A DNA stretch of 64,000 nt from Chlorobiaceae bacterium (lineage in GTDB: Bacteria; Bacteroidota; Chlorobiia; Chlorobiales; Chlorobiaceae): positions 32,771-96,770 of the forward strand of contig JAAXWP010000003.1 in the NCBI GenBank assembly GCA_013334925.1. The letters are read 5' to 3'. The stretch's first letter is position 1. Each line of letters begins with the position of its first letter. Positions 16,641 to 27,357 of this stretch are shown here, one piece after another. Made by a program: the position numbers and the translations under genes. The notes under the pieces are model-generated. The model saw only the letters and a program-made list of their open reading frames with translations. It did not search any database and was not told the DNA's origin.

Positions 16641-18557
16641 TCAAATCTGAACCTGCACGCCAATTTCAATTACCTGCCCTGATGGCAGATCGTAGTATGC
16701 GGTAGCGCTGATGGCATTTCTTGCCATCAGGGCAAACAGCTTCTTTCTCCAGACACTCATTTTCGATTTCATGCCCGCAACGATCTTTTCACGGTTCAGG
16801 AAAAAGCTGATCGCTTCCGGACGGAACTTCATTCCCTGCTGATTGGCAAGTGCAAGCACCTGGCGAATGTTCGGATACTCCATGAAACCATACCGTGCAA
16901 TGATGCGATAAAGACCATTTGACAACTGGGTAACCTCCACCTTGCGACTGTTTGCAACCCTTGGTACACGCTCGGTCGAAAAATGAAGCAAACCGACTTC
17001 GGAATGAAGAATCTTGTTATGTCGCATGTTGTGCAGGAGAGCGATCGGCACAATATCGGGATTGGCGGTCAGATAGATAGCCTGACCCTTGACCCTGAGC
17101 GGCTGCTGAATGGCAAGACTGTCACTGAATTCGGTGACCGTCAGGGTGCGATCCTGAATCTGCTTCAGAAGAAGCGAACGCCCCTGCTGCCAGGTCACCA
17201 TCAGGGTGAAACAGAACAGACCGATAACGAGCGGGAACCATGCCCCATGAAACAGCTTGCTTACGCTGGCACCGAAAAACGAAAGATCGATGAGGAAGAA
17301 AAAGCCCACCAGAAGATTGACCGCCACGCGGTTCCACTGCCAGAGGTCACGAGCCACATAGTAGAACAGAATGGCAGATATGAGCATCGTTGCCGTAACC
17401 GCCACACCATAGGCTGATGCCAGCCTGCTCGAAGAACCAAAGCCTGCAACAAGCCCGACGGTGGCGAACATCAGCGTCCAGTTCGCTGCCGGCACGTAAA
17501 TCTGACCCATATGGCTTGCAGAGGTATGCCTGACCGTCAGCCTCGGCAGATACCCGAGCTGAATCGCCTGTTGAGTCAGTGAAAACACGCCGGTAATGAG
17601 AGCCTGGGAGGCGATGATCGTCGCCATCGTGGCAAGTATGACCATAGGTATAAGCCCCCAGGAAGGCACGAGCGAGTAAAATGGATTGTATGATGATTCA
17701 GGAGATGCGAGCAGAAAGGCGCCTTGTCCGAAATAGTTCAGGAGCAACGCCGGCAGAACCAGCATCATCCAGATCAGACGGATCGGGCGACGGCCAAAGT
17801 GCCCCATATCGGCATACAATGCCTCGGCACCTGTCACCGAAAGAAAAACCGCGCCAAGGACAAGAAAACCATGAACATGATTGTTCATCAGGAACTCGAT
17901 GCCATACCATGGCGCGAGGGCTTTCAGAATCTGGGGATAGCGGATGATCTCGTTAAGGCCGAGAATACCGATGGCCAGAAACCAGATAAGAATGATCGGT
18001 CCGAACAGTGCGCCGACTTTTGCTGTTCCGTGATGCTGAAACAGAAAGAGCGCTATCAGAATGGCGATGGTTACCGGGATCGCAAGATTACTCAGATTCG
18101 GAGCAATGATCTGCACACCCTCGACGGCACTGAGCACGGAGATCGCCGGGGTGATCATACCATCACCATAGAGCAGCGAGGCACCGAACAAACCGATACC
18201 GACCAGGAACCAGCGTTGACTGTTGTTCTTTTTGCTGTGGGAGATAATCAGAGATGTCAGCGCAAGGATCCCGCCTTCACCTTCGTTGTCTGCCTTCATG
18301 ATGAAGGTCAGGTACTTGAGCGTGACAATCGTCAGGATCGCCCAGACAAGGAGAGAAAGCACTCCCAGAACGTTATCCGTCGTCACGGGGATACTGTACT
18401 CCCCATGAAAGCACTCTCGAATAGCATACAATGGACTGGTACCGATATCACCGAACACTACTCCCAATGCGGCAAGGGAAAGGGTTGCAAGGTTTTTGAA
18501 ATCGGACGGGCTGGAATGGGACGCTGATAAATGAGGCTCTTCGGCAGTGGTGGACAT
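16641..18557 (-). CDS. kup: KUP/HAK/KT potassium uptake transporter
   Basis: LGVVFGDIGTSPLYA signature, about 12 TM segments, and a cytoplasmic C-terminal domain. 638 aa. Confidence 0.95.
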   Translation of the reverse strand: MSTTAEEPHLSASHSSPSDFKNLATLSLAALGVVFGDIGTSPLYAIRECFHGEYSIPVTTDNVLGVLSLLVWAILTIVTLKYLTFIMKADNEGEGGILALTSLIISHSKKNNSQRWFLVGIGLFGASLLYGDGMITPAISVLSAVEGVQIIAPNLSNLAIPVTIAILIALFLFQHHGTAKVGALFGPIILIWFLAIGILGLNEIIRYPQILKALAPWYGIEFLMNNHVHGFLVLGAVFLSVTGAEALYADMGHFGRRPIRLIWMMLVLPALLLNYFGQGAFLLASPESSYNPFYSLVPSWGLIPMVILATMATIIASQALITGVFSLTQQAIQLGYLPRLTVRHTSASHMGQIYVPAANWTLMFATVGLVAGFGSSSRLASAYGVAVTATMLISAILFYYVARDLWQWNRVAVNLLVGFFFLIDLSFFGASVSKLFHGAWFPLVIGLFCFTLMVTWQQGRSLLLKQIQDRTLTVTEFSDSLAIQQPLRVKGQAIYLTANPDIVPIALLHNMRHNKILHSEVGLLHFSTERVPRVANSRKVEVTQLSNGLYRIIARYGFMEYPNIRQVLALANQQGMKFRPEAISFFLNREKIVAGMKSKMSVWRKKLFALMARNAISATAYYDLPSGQVIEIGVQVQI

Positions 18558-18756
18558 ATACAGAAAATTCTTGTTACCCGGACTGGTTTCCCGGAAAATA
18601 CCTGATGCAACAGGCTGCTGCGGCCAGGCGTAAACTTATTTTTTTTCGGATATAAACAGATTTACCTTATTGATTACGGGATCGAAAGTCGTTGTAAATA
18701 TACATAATCGCCAACAATTGCCAGCATAGCCCCCGGGGAACGCCACGGAGCCGCGT

Positions 18757-19764
18757 TTATGGCTTCAGAGATTTCAGCACCTCGACGGCAAGTGAATCTC
18801 CCAGGGCCGAAGCCTTTTTAAGATCGGCAATCGCGCCCATCCTGTCTCCAGCCATTTTTTTAGCGATACCCCGGTTGTACCAGCCGGAAGGATTGCCCGG
18901 TTGAAGGGCAATGATCTGACCGAGATCGGAAACCGCTCCAGGGTAATCCTTCAGTTGCAATTTCGAAAACGCCCGGTTGTTCCAGGCGGCAAGCATACGT
19001 GGTTCAAGAACAAGCGCCTTCGAATAATCTTCGATAGCCCCCTGCACATCATTGAGTGTCACCCTCACATTGCCGCGATTGTACCAGGCAGCAGCATAAC
19101 GCTGGTCGAGTTCGACCGATTTCGTGAAATCACTGACCGCACCAACAAGATCACCGGTAAATCCTTTGGCCAGCCCTCTGTTGTTGTAGACCCCGGCAAG
19201 CCCGGGATTGAGCGCAAGCGCTTTGTCAAAATCAGCGATCGCTCCCCGGAAATCCTTCATTGAAGATCTTACGGTTCCCCGGTTGTTGTACAGTTCCGGC
19301 AGCGCCGGATCAAGGGAAATTGCCTTTGAGATGTCCGATATCGCAGCATGGTAATCTCCCAGTGCCGCAAGGATAAAGCCTCTGTTGTTATATGCCCCGA
19401 CAGACCGAGGATCGAATGCGATAGCCTTCGTATAGTCGGCGATGGCACCCTTCAGATCGCCGGTAAAACCACGCGCGACGCCCCGGTTGTAAAAAGCCTC
19501 CGGATTTTTCGGCTTCAACCTTATCGACTGTGTAAAATCATCTACGGCTCCGGTAAAATCGCCTGTCTGCCCCTTCGTGATCCCACGATCGAGGTACGTT
19601 TCCGCCTGTCCCGCCAAAGCGCCAGAGGCTTGCAGCACGAACACCAGCATAAGCAGCGCAGCTGTCGTAGATCCCTGATATCGCCATGCGTAATCTGCCA
19701 TCATCGGCATCGGAAAATTGATCGATTTCGAGCGATACCACACTCGCGAGTTCTCTAACAACAC
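18757..19764 (-). CDS. secreted TPR-repeat protein
   Basis: Hydrophobic signal-like segment AALLMLVFVLQASGALA. This is followed by about 8 tandem 34-aa TPR units (A...Y.NRG......GD...AI.D..KA). The true start may be an internal Met (about 19701-19710). Confidence 0.8.
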   Translation of the reverse strand: MLLENSRVWYRSKSINFPMPMMADYAWRYQGSTTAALLMLVFVLQASGALAGQAETYLDRGITKGQTGDFTGAVDDFTQSIRLKPKNPEAFYNRGVARGFTGDLKGAIADYTKAIAFDPRSVGAYNNRGFILAALGDYHAAISDISKAISLDPALPELYNNRGTVRSSMKDFRGAIADFDKALALNPGLAGVYNNRGLAKGFTGDLVGAVSDFTKSVELDQRYAAAWYNRGNVRVTLNDVQGAIEDYSKALVLEPRMLAAWNNRAFSKLQLKDYPGAVSDLGQIIALQPGNPSGWYNRGIAKKMAGDRMGAIADLKKASALGDSLAVEVLKSLKP

Positions 19765-20176
19765 CCCGACCTTAATCAGTTCATGAAATCCGCCGTATCG
19801 ACTGAAATGGCTGAAGAATCAGATGTAACGTCGTTTTCATGCCACTTCTTCAAACACACCGTATCCGTTTCGCGACTACTTCCGGGATTCGGTACGGATA
19901 TTAACGTCAAACAATGCATGTACACGACGCGCAAACACAACCAACGGCACATACCGTCTAAGCCTTTATTTACAATAATTTATCCACAAATAACACACCT
20001 TCCGGAGTGCACAATGGAGGTGTGGATGCCCGATTTCTTCAATTAAAAACCTTTTCTTATATTGAGGTTTCGTGTTTTGAAAACATGAGACAAACCGGCG
20101 TGTTATCGGGAACGGGAAGGAACTGGCAAAACAGGACCGGATCGGGTAACGGCGCATAAACCACCGGGATGCTATT

Positions 20177-20692
20177 ATGCACAAAAAACACCGAGTAGTT
20201 CTACGCTGCCTTCTTCTGGCAGCATCGTTCGTGCTCTCTCCATCGCTGACCACTCTTCATGCCGGGGAATCCCGACTGAAACCCATGGGCGAAAAGTCAG
20301 AAAGCAGATTTGACTCTTCGGCACAGAGTTCCGACCTGTCTGATACGAAAGACAAGGAAGAGTCTCTTTCGACAGAAAAGAAGGTAAAAGGCAATCGTTT
20401 CCTGATGGCCGAAGGTCGTGCGTCATATTATTCGAACAGGTTCCACGGACGCAAAACCGCCAGTGGCGATCATTTCGACCGGCGGGAGTTTACCGCCGCA
20501 CACCGATCGCTGCCATTCGGAACAAAGGTGCGCGTCACCAACCTGGCCAACGGCAAAAAGGTTGTCGTCAAGATCAACGACCGTGGCCCGCATACCCGCA
20601 ACCGTATCATCGACATCTCTCAGGCTGCCGCCAGAGAACTCGGTATGGTAAGGCTTGGCGTCGGCAATGTGAGAATCGAAGCCTACAACTGA
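20177..20692 (+). CDS. rlpA: RlpA-like lytic transglycosylase (DPBB domain) lipoprotein
   Basis: [22 protein letters not shown]...[33 protein letters not shown] is the RlpA double-psi beta-barrel signature. An N-terminal signal peptide is present. Confidence 0.85.
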   Translation: MHKKHRVVLRCLLLAASFVLSPSLTTLHAGESRLKPMGEKSESRFDSSAQSSDLSDTKDKEESLSTEKKVKGNRFLMAEGRASYYSNRFHGRKTASGDHFDRREFTAAHRSLPFGTKVRVTNLANGKKVVVKINDRGPHTRNRIIDISQAAARELGMVRLGVGNVRIEAYN

Positions 20693-21412
20693 TCAGGACT
20701 TTCCGAACACCATCACCAGTCCGGAACCGGGCACCTGCCTGACCGGTGAACCGATGAAATCGGCAGTGACCCCGATGAGGTCAAAACCTGCGGCTGCGTG
20801 CAGTTGCAGGTAGTCCTCGGTACGTACGGGATACAGAGTCGTCCGTTCGCTGAACAACTCTGTTCCGGACGCCCTGAGCGATATGGAAAACGACAGTGAT
20901 TGCGGAGTGATGGAGTCGTAATTGCGGTGAAACGTCAGCTGACGGTTTTCGCTCTCGATCGATCTGACCGGAAATTCGTACCTGTCCAGTACCATGAGAG
21001 GATCCCAGTGCATCACCTGCATGATCCAGCGGCCACCCGGAACCAGCATGGTTTGAACCTTGTCCAGAAAACGGCCAAGATCTTCCGGCGAAAGGTGCGC
21101 GGCCACATTACCGATCGAATAGATACATCCATATCCGTCTCCGAGCGCATCGATCTCCCGCATATCCAGACAGCGGAACGAGGCCTCATGGTAGTGCCGT
21201 TCAGCCTCTTCGATCATAACACCGTCAAGATCAATTCCTGTGGTAATGTAGCCGTCACGCGAAAACCTGCCGCAATAGTGACCCGGACCGCAGCCAACAT
21301 CGAGAACGCGCGATCCGGGCATACCTGCATGGGAATTCAGAAAACGATACACCTCTTCCCTGAACGGAAATATTCGCTCGTACTCCCCTGCAAATCGTGA
21401 ATAGAAGCTCAT
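20693..21412 (-). CDS. class I SAM-dependent methyltransferase
   Basis: Motif I is VLDVGCGPGHY. ATG at 21412 avoids overlap with the upstream gene (the track start is 21481). Confidence 0.8.
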   Translation of the reverse strand: MSFYSRFAGEYERIFPFREEVYRFLNSHAGMPGSRVLDVGCGPGHYCGRFSRDGYITTGIDLDGVMIEEAERHYHEASFRCLDMREIDALGDGYGCIYSIGNVAAHLSPEDLGRFLDKVQTMLVPGGRWIMQVMHWDPLMVLDRYEFPVRSIESENRQLTFHRNYDSITPQSLSFSISLRASGTELFSERTTLYPVRTEDYLQLHAAAGFDLIGVTADFIGSPVRQVPGSGLVMVFGKS

Positions 21413-21437
21413 GGAACGGTTTCCGGACGGTTCATGA

Positions 21438-22151
21438 TCAATGCGTTTCCCGCTTGTTCTTGCGTTCCACAAGTATACCAAGGTTTCTCAGCGAGAGCAA
21501 ATGGGCATGAATCAGCGCCAGCATACCCGATCTGAACATCGAGACAACTTCGTCGTCCGGGAGTCCGGCCAGCTTCTGTTCATCGACGACGAACATATCA
21601 TTCAACGCATATCTCCGGCCATCCACCAGACTTGCCTGGGCTGATATCTGGCGCAACAGCCCTTTTTCCTGAAGGATTCTGCAAAACTCTCCGGTCTGCT
21701 TCATCTGCTGAAAAAAATCCTGAAGGAACGCCTGGATCTCTTTCGTTTTTTCCGTGACTTCACCGTCCCTGAACAGCGGAGTTCCACCTTCGAGATTCAG
21801 GCCATCGTATGCTTCGTCGAAACAGACCAGCATCTTGCCCTCATTGTCTTCCATGGTCACGAACGGATAACGCCGGAAATAGGCCGGAATGTAGGTAGCA
21901 TCCCATGCGCCATCATCGCTGACAAACAGGTTCTCCCGCTCCTCCAGCCCCATGAGTGCAAGCGGAACGACATCGGTATCGCGGTTGACGGAGAATATGA
22001 TCGGATAGATACGACCCGCATCGAAAAACTCGGAAGCGGCAAGCATCACGGTAAGGACATCGGATGCAAATCGATAACCGGTAGGGCTCGGGCTCACGGT
22101 CAAAGCCGAATGCAGGTCGCGATTGAGCGCGACAGGTTTGGAGTACATCAT
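21438..22151 (-). CDS. SapC-family protein
   Basis: The N-terminus (...KPVALNRDLH...FASD...TVMLAASEFFDAGRIYPIIF) resembles my recollection of the SapC family (PF07277). The assignment is from memory only. Confidence 0.55.
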   Translation of the reverse strand: MMYSKPVALNRDLHSALTVSPSPTGYRFASDVLTVMLAASEFFDAGRIYPIIFSVNRDTDVVPLALMGLEERENLFVSDDGAWDATYIPAYFRRYPFVTMEDNEGKMLVCFDEAYDGLNLEGGTPLFRDGEVTEKTKEIQAFLQDFFQQMKQTGEFCRILQEKGLLRQISAQASLVDGRRYALNDMFVVDEQKLAGLPDDEVVSMFRSGMLALIHAHLLSLRNLGILVERKNKRETH

Positions 22152-22419
22152 AGGTGGGGGTTCCCTGATTGTAATGGTGAATGGTCAGTCTGTGAAAGAA
22201 ACGATGGTCCTCGGAGAGAAGCGCCTCGTACCCACGACGAGCGCCATCTCGGTAACCATGCATTTCGAAACAATATACAGAATATTATGCACCCATATGA
22301 AACCACATGGCGCAAGACAGCAAGAAACAGGCACGAAATCAGCGACCCCACAGAAACTGCCGCATCGAGAGTCGTCAAAGCCTCGATGCAGCGAACAGAC
22401 ACACGGAAACGTGTTCTCC

Positions 22420-23310
22420 TTATGCGTTCTGGTGATAGTTGCGGTACAGCTGCAATGCGTTGCGCATGCACATGGCGACCGTCATGGGACCGACTCTCGG
22501 AATGAAGATGTTTGCAGCATTCTGAGCCTGCTCCTCGAAATTCTGGATGGAAGAGAAATTCAGGCAGATGGCGTTGGGTTTCAGCTCGCTCGCCCGGACC
22601 TTTTCGAAACTTTTCGACGGGACTCCGGTAATCACGACATCTGAAAGTTTCAGCGCCTCCTCCCGGGAGATCGGTGTCTGACCGCAATCGGAAGAGGCCA
22701 CATCCACGATGAAACCGCCGTTGACATCGAACGAGAATACACGGGCGCCGTCATTGGAAAGCATGTAGGCAAGAGGTTTGCCGACGACCTCAGAGCGGTT
22801 GAACACCGTGATGTTCAGACCCCTGAACGGCAAGCCGTAAGGCATGTAGGAATCGGTAGCTTCGAGCAGTTTAAGAATTGCGAGCGGCGTACATGGCAGA
22901 ATGGACTTGCGCGTTCGTTCAGCATCGTCGAACCGTTCGTTCCGGTAGAGCTTCTCGATCCAGTATGGCGATAGTCCCTCGACATCCTTGAGCGGTGAAA
23001 TCATGTTTCTCAATTCAGCGTCACGCTCATCACCCCAGATCGGATAGTACACGAAGATGCCGTGAACATCCGGATTCTCGTTGGCCTCATGCAGTACCTG
23101 CTTTGCAGTATCGGGTGTGATCACCTTCAGGTCGAAGTTCACACCGACCTTTTCGCAGCCGATTTTCGTGTACTCCGCATAGGTGACCGATGCCGGATCG
23201 GAAGAGGCAAGTATGCCCACGATATTGATCACAAGATTGTCTTCGGCAATCTCGAGTTTCACCATCTCACGGAAACCGGCAGCAATGCTGTTTGCATCAA
23301 GTACTCGCAT
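22420..23310 (-). CDS. methylenetetrahydrofolate dehydrogenase, Mtd1-like (NAD-dependent, monofunctional type)
   Basis: Blocks KDVEGLS, SILPCTPLAILKLLE, NRSEVVGKPLAYMLSNDGARVFSFDVN, DVVITGVPS and VGPMTVAMCMRNALQLYRN parallel the yeast Mtd1 sequence as I recall it. They fit less well with bacterial FolD (no VQLPLP block). Confidence 0.7.
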   Translation of the reverse strand: MRVLDANSIAAGFREMVKLEIAEDNLVINIVGILASSDPASVTYAEYTKIGCEKVGVNFDLKVITPDTAKQVLHEANENPDVHGIFVYYPIWGDERDAELRNMISPLKDVEGLSPYWIEKLYRNERFDDAERTRKSILPCTPLAILKLLEATDSYMPYGLPFRGLNITVFNRSEVVGKPLAYMLSNDGARVFSFDVNGGFIVDVASSDCGQTPISREEALKLSDVVITGVPSKSFEKVRASELKPNAICLNFSSIQNFEEQAQNAANIFIPRVGPMTVAMCMRNALQLYRNYHQNA

Positions 23311-23427
23311 AAAGTCACTATTGATTTCTTCAAGTCAGACCGAAAACCGGCCTGCATCTCTTTGCCCCTAATATCAAAAAAAAATGTGAAAAGCGCTCCG
23401 TCCGGAAGCGAGGAATATCACGCAGGT

Positions 23428-23766
23428 TCAGGCTTTCCTGACGAACTCCGACTTCAGCTGCATCGAGCCGAATCCGTCGATCTTGCAATCGATATCATGG
23501 TCACCTTCGATGAGGCGGATGTTCTTCACCTTCGTACCGCCCTTGATCACCGATGACGATCCCCTGACTTTCAGATCCTTTATCACCGTCACGGTATCCC
23601 CATCCTGAAGTACGTTACCGTTCGCGTCTTTCCAGACACGCACTTCGTCGGCGGCAGCCGCCTCGGAAGAACTCCATTCGTGCGCACATTCGGGACAGAC
23701 GAGCAGCGCGCCATTTTCATAAGTATATTCGGAATTGCATTTCGGACAGTTCGGCAGATCGCTCAT
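23428..23766 (-). CDS. phnA: PhnA/YjdM zinc-ribbon protein
   Basis: N-terminal [25 protein letters not shown] zinc ribbon. C-terminal [44 protein letters not shown]. Confidence 0.9.
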   Translation of the reverse strand: MSDLPNCPKCNSEYTYENGALLVCPECAHEWSSSEAAAADEVRVWKDANGNVLQDGDTVTVIKDLKVRGSSSVIKGGTKVKNIRLIEGDHDIDCKIDGFGSMQLKSEFVRKA

Positions 23767-23996
23767 GAGGCTCCTGGTTCAGAATTTCGGGGTACACGCA
23801 AATTGTGGCGACAGTATAACGATTTCAAAGCGCTCTGCATATACATGGAACCGACGTGTGGGTATTTTTTCATGAACTGACGCATCGAGGCCGCCAGGGC
23901 TTTTATACCGCTGCATATCACAGAAAAATAGTGTAATCTGATCCGTAACGAAAACTCTGGTTACCGCCGGTATCAGGCTTTGAAGAATACACATAC

Positions 23997-25061
23997 ATGA
24001 AACAGCGACACGAATCATTACAGGAGCTGGGCTGGAACGACTGGTTCGAGCAACGTGCAGAGGTCAGTCCGGAAGAAACGATCGCCCGGGTGGCGGCAGT
24101 CGATCGCGACCTCCTGCTGCTCGTGGACGAGACCGGTCAGTTCAGGGCCAGACTCGCAGGCAGCTACCTGCACCACCATCGGCTCGCTGTCGAATTCCCC
24201 TGCGTGGGTGACTGGGTGCGTGTGGAAAAACAGCCAGGCAGTGACCTGGGAATCATTCACGCCCTGCTGGAACGAAAAACGTCACTGCGAAGGAAATCAG
24301 CCGGTGCCACCATCGACTACCAGATGATCGCGGCAAACGTCGATTACGTGGTGATCGTCCAGTCATGCCATTTCGACTTCAACCTGAGGCGCCTGGAACG
24401 CTACCTCGTCATGGTGATGGATGGAGGCGCTGAACCATACATCCTGCTCACCAAAACCGACCTGGTCGAAGCGGCCGTTCTGGAAAAGGAGATAGCGGAT
24501 ATTCGTGCAGCAGGCATCACCATACCGATCCTGACCCTGAGCAACGTCACCGAAGAGGGTATCAGGGAGCTGGAGCACCTGCTGTCAGCAGGCAGTACCT
24601 ACTGCTTCGTCGGTTCATCCGGAGTCGGCAAGAGCACATTGATCAACAGACTGATCGGACGCGAAATGCAGGAAACGAAAAGTGTCAGCGGTACTGGAGA
24701 AGGGCGCCACACCACCGTTCGACGGGAACTGATCCGTCTCGAAGGAGGTGCGCTGGTGATTGACAACCCCGGAATGCGGGAATTCGGTGTTCTCTGCGCA
24801 GAGGACGGCATCTCGAAAAGTTATGCCGACATCTCCACCATCGCCGCAGGCTGCCGTTACCGTGACTGCACCCACACCGGTGAACCCGGCTGTGCCATTC
24901 AGGAGGCGCTCGATTCGGGAGAGATCACCCGTGCGCACATCGACAACTACCTCAAGCTCAGAAAAGAGTCGGAGTACCACGAAATGTCCTACGCTGAAAA
25001 GCGGAAGAAAAACAGGGACTTCGGCAGATACAAACAGTCGGTCAACAAGGGCCGGATGTAA
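23997..25061 (+). CDS. rsgA: ribosome small-subunit-dependent GTPase A
   Basis: Circularly permuted GTPase (TKTDL before VGSSGVGKSTLINRL), GEGRHTT, and a C-terminal zinc knuckle CRYRDCTHTGEPGCA. Confidence 0.9.
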   Translation: MKQRHESLQELGWNDWFEQRAEVSPEETIARVAAVDRDLLLLVDETGQFRARLAGSYLHHHRLAVEFPCVGDWVRVEKQPGSDLGIIHALLERKTSLRRKSAGATIDYQMIAANVDYVVIVQSCHFDFNLRRLERYLVMVMDGGAEPYILLTKTDLVEAAVLEKEIADIRAAGITIPILTLSNVTEEGIRELEHLLSAGSTYCFVGSSGVGKSTLINRLIGREMQETKSVSGTGEGRHTTVRRELIRLEGGALVIDNPGMREFGVLCAEDGISKSYADISTIAAGCRYRDCTHTGEPGCAIQEALDSGEITRAHIDNYLKLRKESEYHEMSYAEKRKKNRDFGRYKQSVNKGRM

Positions 25062-25076
25062 AAAAACAGTTCGAAC

Positions 25077-25580
25077 ATGCTCACCATACGAAAAGAGGAA
25101 ACGCGGGACATCGAAGCCATCGACCAGGTCACCAGAGCAGCTTTCGAAAATCACCCGATCAGTCACCAGACCGAACACTTCATCATCAGGGCGCTCAGAG
25201 CGGCGAACGGCCTCACCCTCTCGCTCGTTGCCGAGATCGATGACAGGATCGTCGGGCACATCGCCTTTTCTCCCGTACATATCCTGGACGGTACGAAGGG
25301 CTGGTACGGAATCGGACCGCTATCCGTCTTGCCTGAACTGCAGAAGCAGGGGATCGGTTCGGCGCTCATGCGAACCGGAATGGAGCTGTTGCGAGAGTCG
25401 GGCGCTCAAGGGTGCATTCTTGCCGGTGATCCGAACTATTACCGGCGGTTCGGGTTCCGGAATATCCCGGGACTCACCCACAAACTGGTTCCCGAAGAGG
25501 TGTTTCTCGCCCTGCCATTCACTGATACCATTCCCGCAGGCTCTGTCGATTTCCACGAAGCGTTCCTTGCCCAGGAATAG
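25077..25580 (+). CDS. GNAT-family N-acetyltransferase
   Basis: The acetyl-CoA binding block is LQKQGIGSALM. Size and layout are typical of GNAT. Confidence 0.85.
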   Translation: MLTIRKEETRDIEAIDQVTRAAFENHPISHQTEHFIIRALRAANGLTLSLVAEIDDRIVGHIAFSPVHILDGTKGWYGIGPLSVLPELQKQGIGSALMRTGMELLRESGAQGCILAGDPNYYRRFGFRNIPGLTHKLVPEEVFLALPFTDTIPAGSVDFHEAFLAQE

Positions 25581-25802
25581 CGCTGCCGATTGCCTGCCAC
25601 GACTCGCCGTATCGGGGAAGATTTTGCAAACCGTTCACGAATCGCCGCCATGGTTCACGACGCAAGGCTGTACATTCAATCGACAGTATCGGAACGGTGG
25701 AAAGGTAAACGCAAGTTTCGCTATTTTTGTAGCATAGTGAACTGATCAGGCAGTGACTACCGGCAGCCGGACTGTCGGACTGCACAACCGGGAAAAAAAG
25801 AA

Positions 25803-26666
25803 ATGATCGCTGTATTCAGACGGGTTGTCACCCTCTACGATTCGCTGGAACACCTCTGGGAAAACAAACGCACGGAACGCTTTGCCGCCAACCTGCTGAT
25901 CCTGGCGTTCCTCTCCTCTATTGCCCTTATTGAACTGGCCCGGCAAGGCCTGTTGCCGAAAGAGGCCGCCGCGCTGCTGCCGAAAAACCACTTCTATGCC
26001 ATCAACACCGCCCTCTCCATGCTGCTTGGGCTCGAAGTTTTCGGGCTGGTGTTCAGCATCGCCAAATCGGTCTCGGTATCGCTTGGCAAGCAGTTCGAAA
26101 TCCTGTCGCTCATCCTGCTCCGCCACTCGTTCAAGGAGCTGATCTACTTCAGCGAACCGCTGGTCTGGAAAGAGGCGCTGCATCCAGTGCTGTCCATGCT
26201 CACCAACGCCGGCGGCGGTCTTCTGATCTTTCTGCTGCTCGGGCTCTATTACAAACTGCAGCATCATCGCGCCATCACCAGAGACAGCGGTGCTGCAACG
26301 GATTTCATCGCACTGAAAAAAATGGTTTCGCTTCTGCTGCTGGTGCTCTTCCTCGTCATTGGTGTCGCCGATGGCTTCAAGTACCTGAACGGCACCCCCA
26401 CCAACGACTTCTTTTCGCTCTTCTACACCATTCTCGTCTTCAGTGACGTGCTGCTGGTACTGATTTCGCTTCGGTACAGTTCAAGTTACCCGATCGTTTT
26501 CCGCAACTCGGGTTTCGCCGTCGCCACGGTGCTCATCAGGCTGGCCCTGACAGCACCTGCCTATTTCAGTGTGCTGCTCGGCATCGGTGCCATTATATTC
26601 GCCATCGGGATCACATTCGCCTACAACAGATTCGAAAGACTGGACGCACCACCCTCGCCCCATTGA
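25803..26666 (+). CDS. hypothetical integral membrane protein
   Basis: Six or more hydrophobic segments. The antisense ORF (25746..26267) has atypical composition. No family recognised. Confidence 0.7.
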   Translation: MIAVFRRVVTLYDSLEHLWENKRTERFAANLLILAFLSSIALIELARQGLLPKEAAALLPKNHFYAINTALSMLLGLEVFGLVFSIAKSVSVSLGKQFEILSLILLRHSFKELIYFSEPLVWKEALHPVLSMLTNAGGGLLIFLLLGLYYKLQHHRAITRDSGAATDFIALKKMVSLLLLVLFLVIGVADGFKYLNGTPTNDFFSLFYTILVFSDVLLVLISLRYSSSYPIVFRNSGFAVATVLIRLALTAPAYFSVLLGIGAIIFAIGITFAYNRFERLDAPPSPH

Positions 26667-26794
26667 TGAGCGAGACCATCTGAAAGGAGGTGAAAAAGTT
26701 ATCAGCTTTCCGCTATCTTTCCCGTTCCACATCAGTCGCCGGCCCCAGTCAGCCAGAAGTGCTGACGACGGCAGGATGGGCGTGATCCATCGAC

Positions 26795-27253
26795 ATGCGG
26801 CAAAAGAAAAACGAGGCATCCGCCAAACAGAAGTCTATGCAGAAAAAACCTGAAGAGAATATCGAAGCTGTAAAAAAAATGTCCCTGCAGTTCCTGGCCG
26901 AAGCAATCGGCCAATGCCCGGCTGGGCTTGAAAAAAGCAGAAACAGGGATATCGTGTTCGCCGTAGTGGGATTTCAGTACGGAGCCGTGCAGAGTGCCGC
27001 ATATGTCACCGGACTTGACGAAGAGTGCTCGGCAGTCATCGCTCAAGAGGTGATTGGAAGGATCAATGGCATGGACAGGGAAACGACCAACAGACTTCTC
27101 GCCCTTATGCCGATGCTTGCGGAAAAGGAGTACCCGCCGATCGGCATCGGAAGCAAGGCGATCATCAGCTTTTACAACTCCGTCGACGATGAACAGAAAC
27201 TGACTGCAGCCTGTTCACTTCAGAAGATCCTGAAACAGATCGACGAAGCCTGA
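26795..27253 (+). CDS. hypothetical protein (152 aa)
   Basis: Clean ORF with a Lys-rich N-terminus and a helical-looking body. No motif recognised, and the start is uncertain. Confidence 0.55.
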   Translation: MRQKKNEASAKQKSMQKKPEENIEAVKKMSLQFLAEAIGQCPAGLEKSRNRDIVFAVVGFQYGAVQSAAYVTGLDEECSAVIAQEVIGRINGMDRETTNRLLALMPMLAEKEYPPIGIGSKAIISFYNSVDDEQKLTAACSLQKILKQIDEA

Positions 27254-27357
27254 CGCCGGAAACAGGTCGAAACCGGAATTCGTTTAAACACACAAAGCGC
27301 TGACAAACCAGAAACCGTGGCCCGACAGATACGGGCCGCCATAGATCGTCGTCACCC

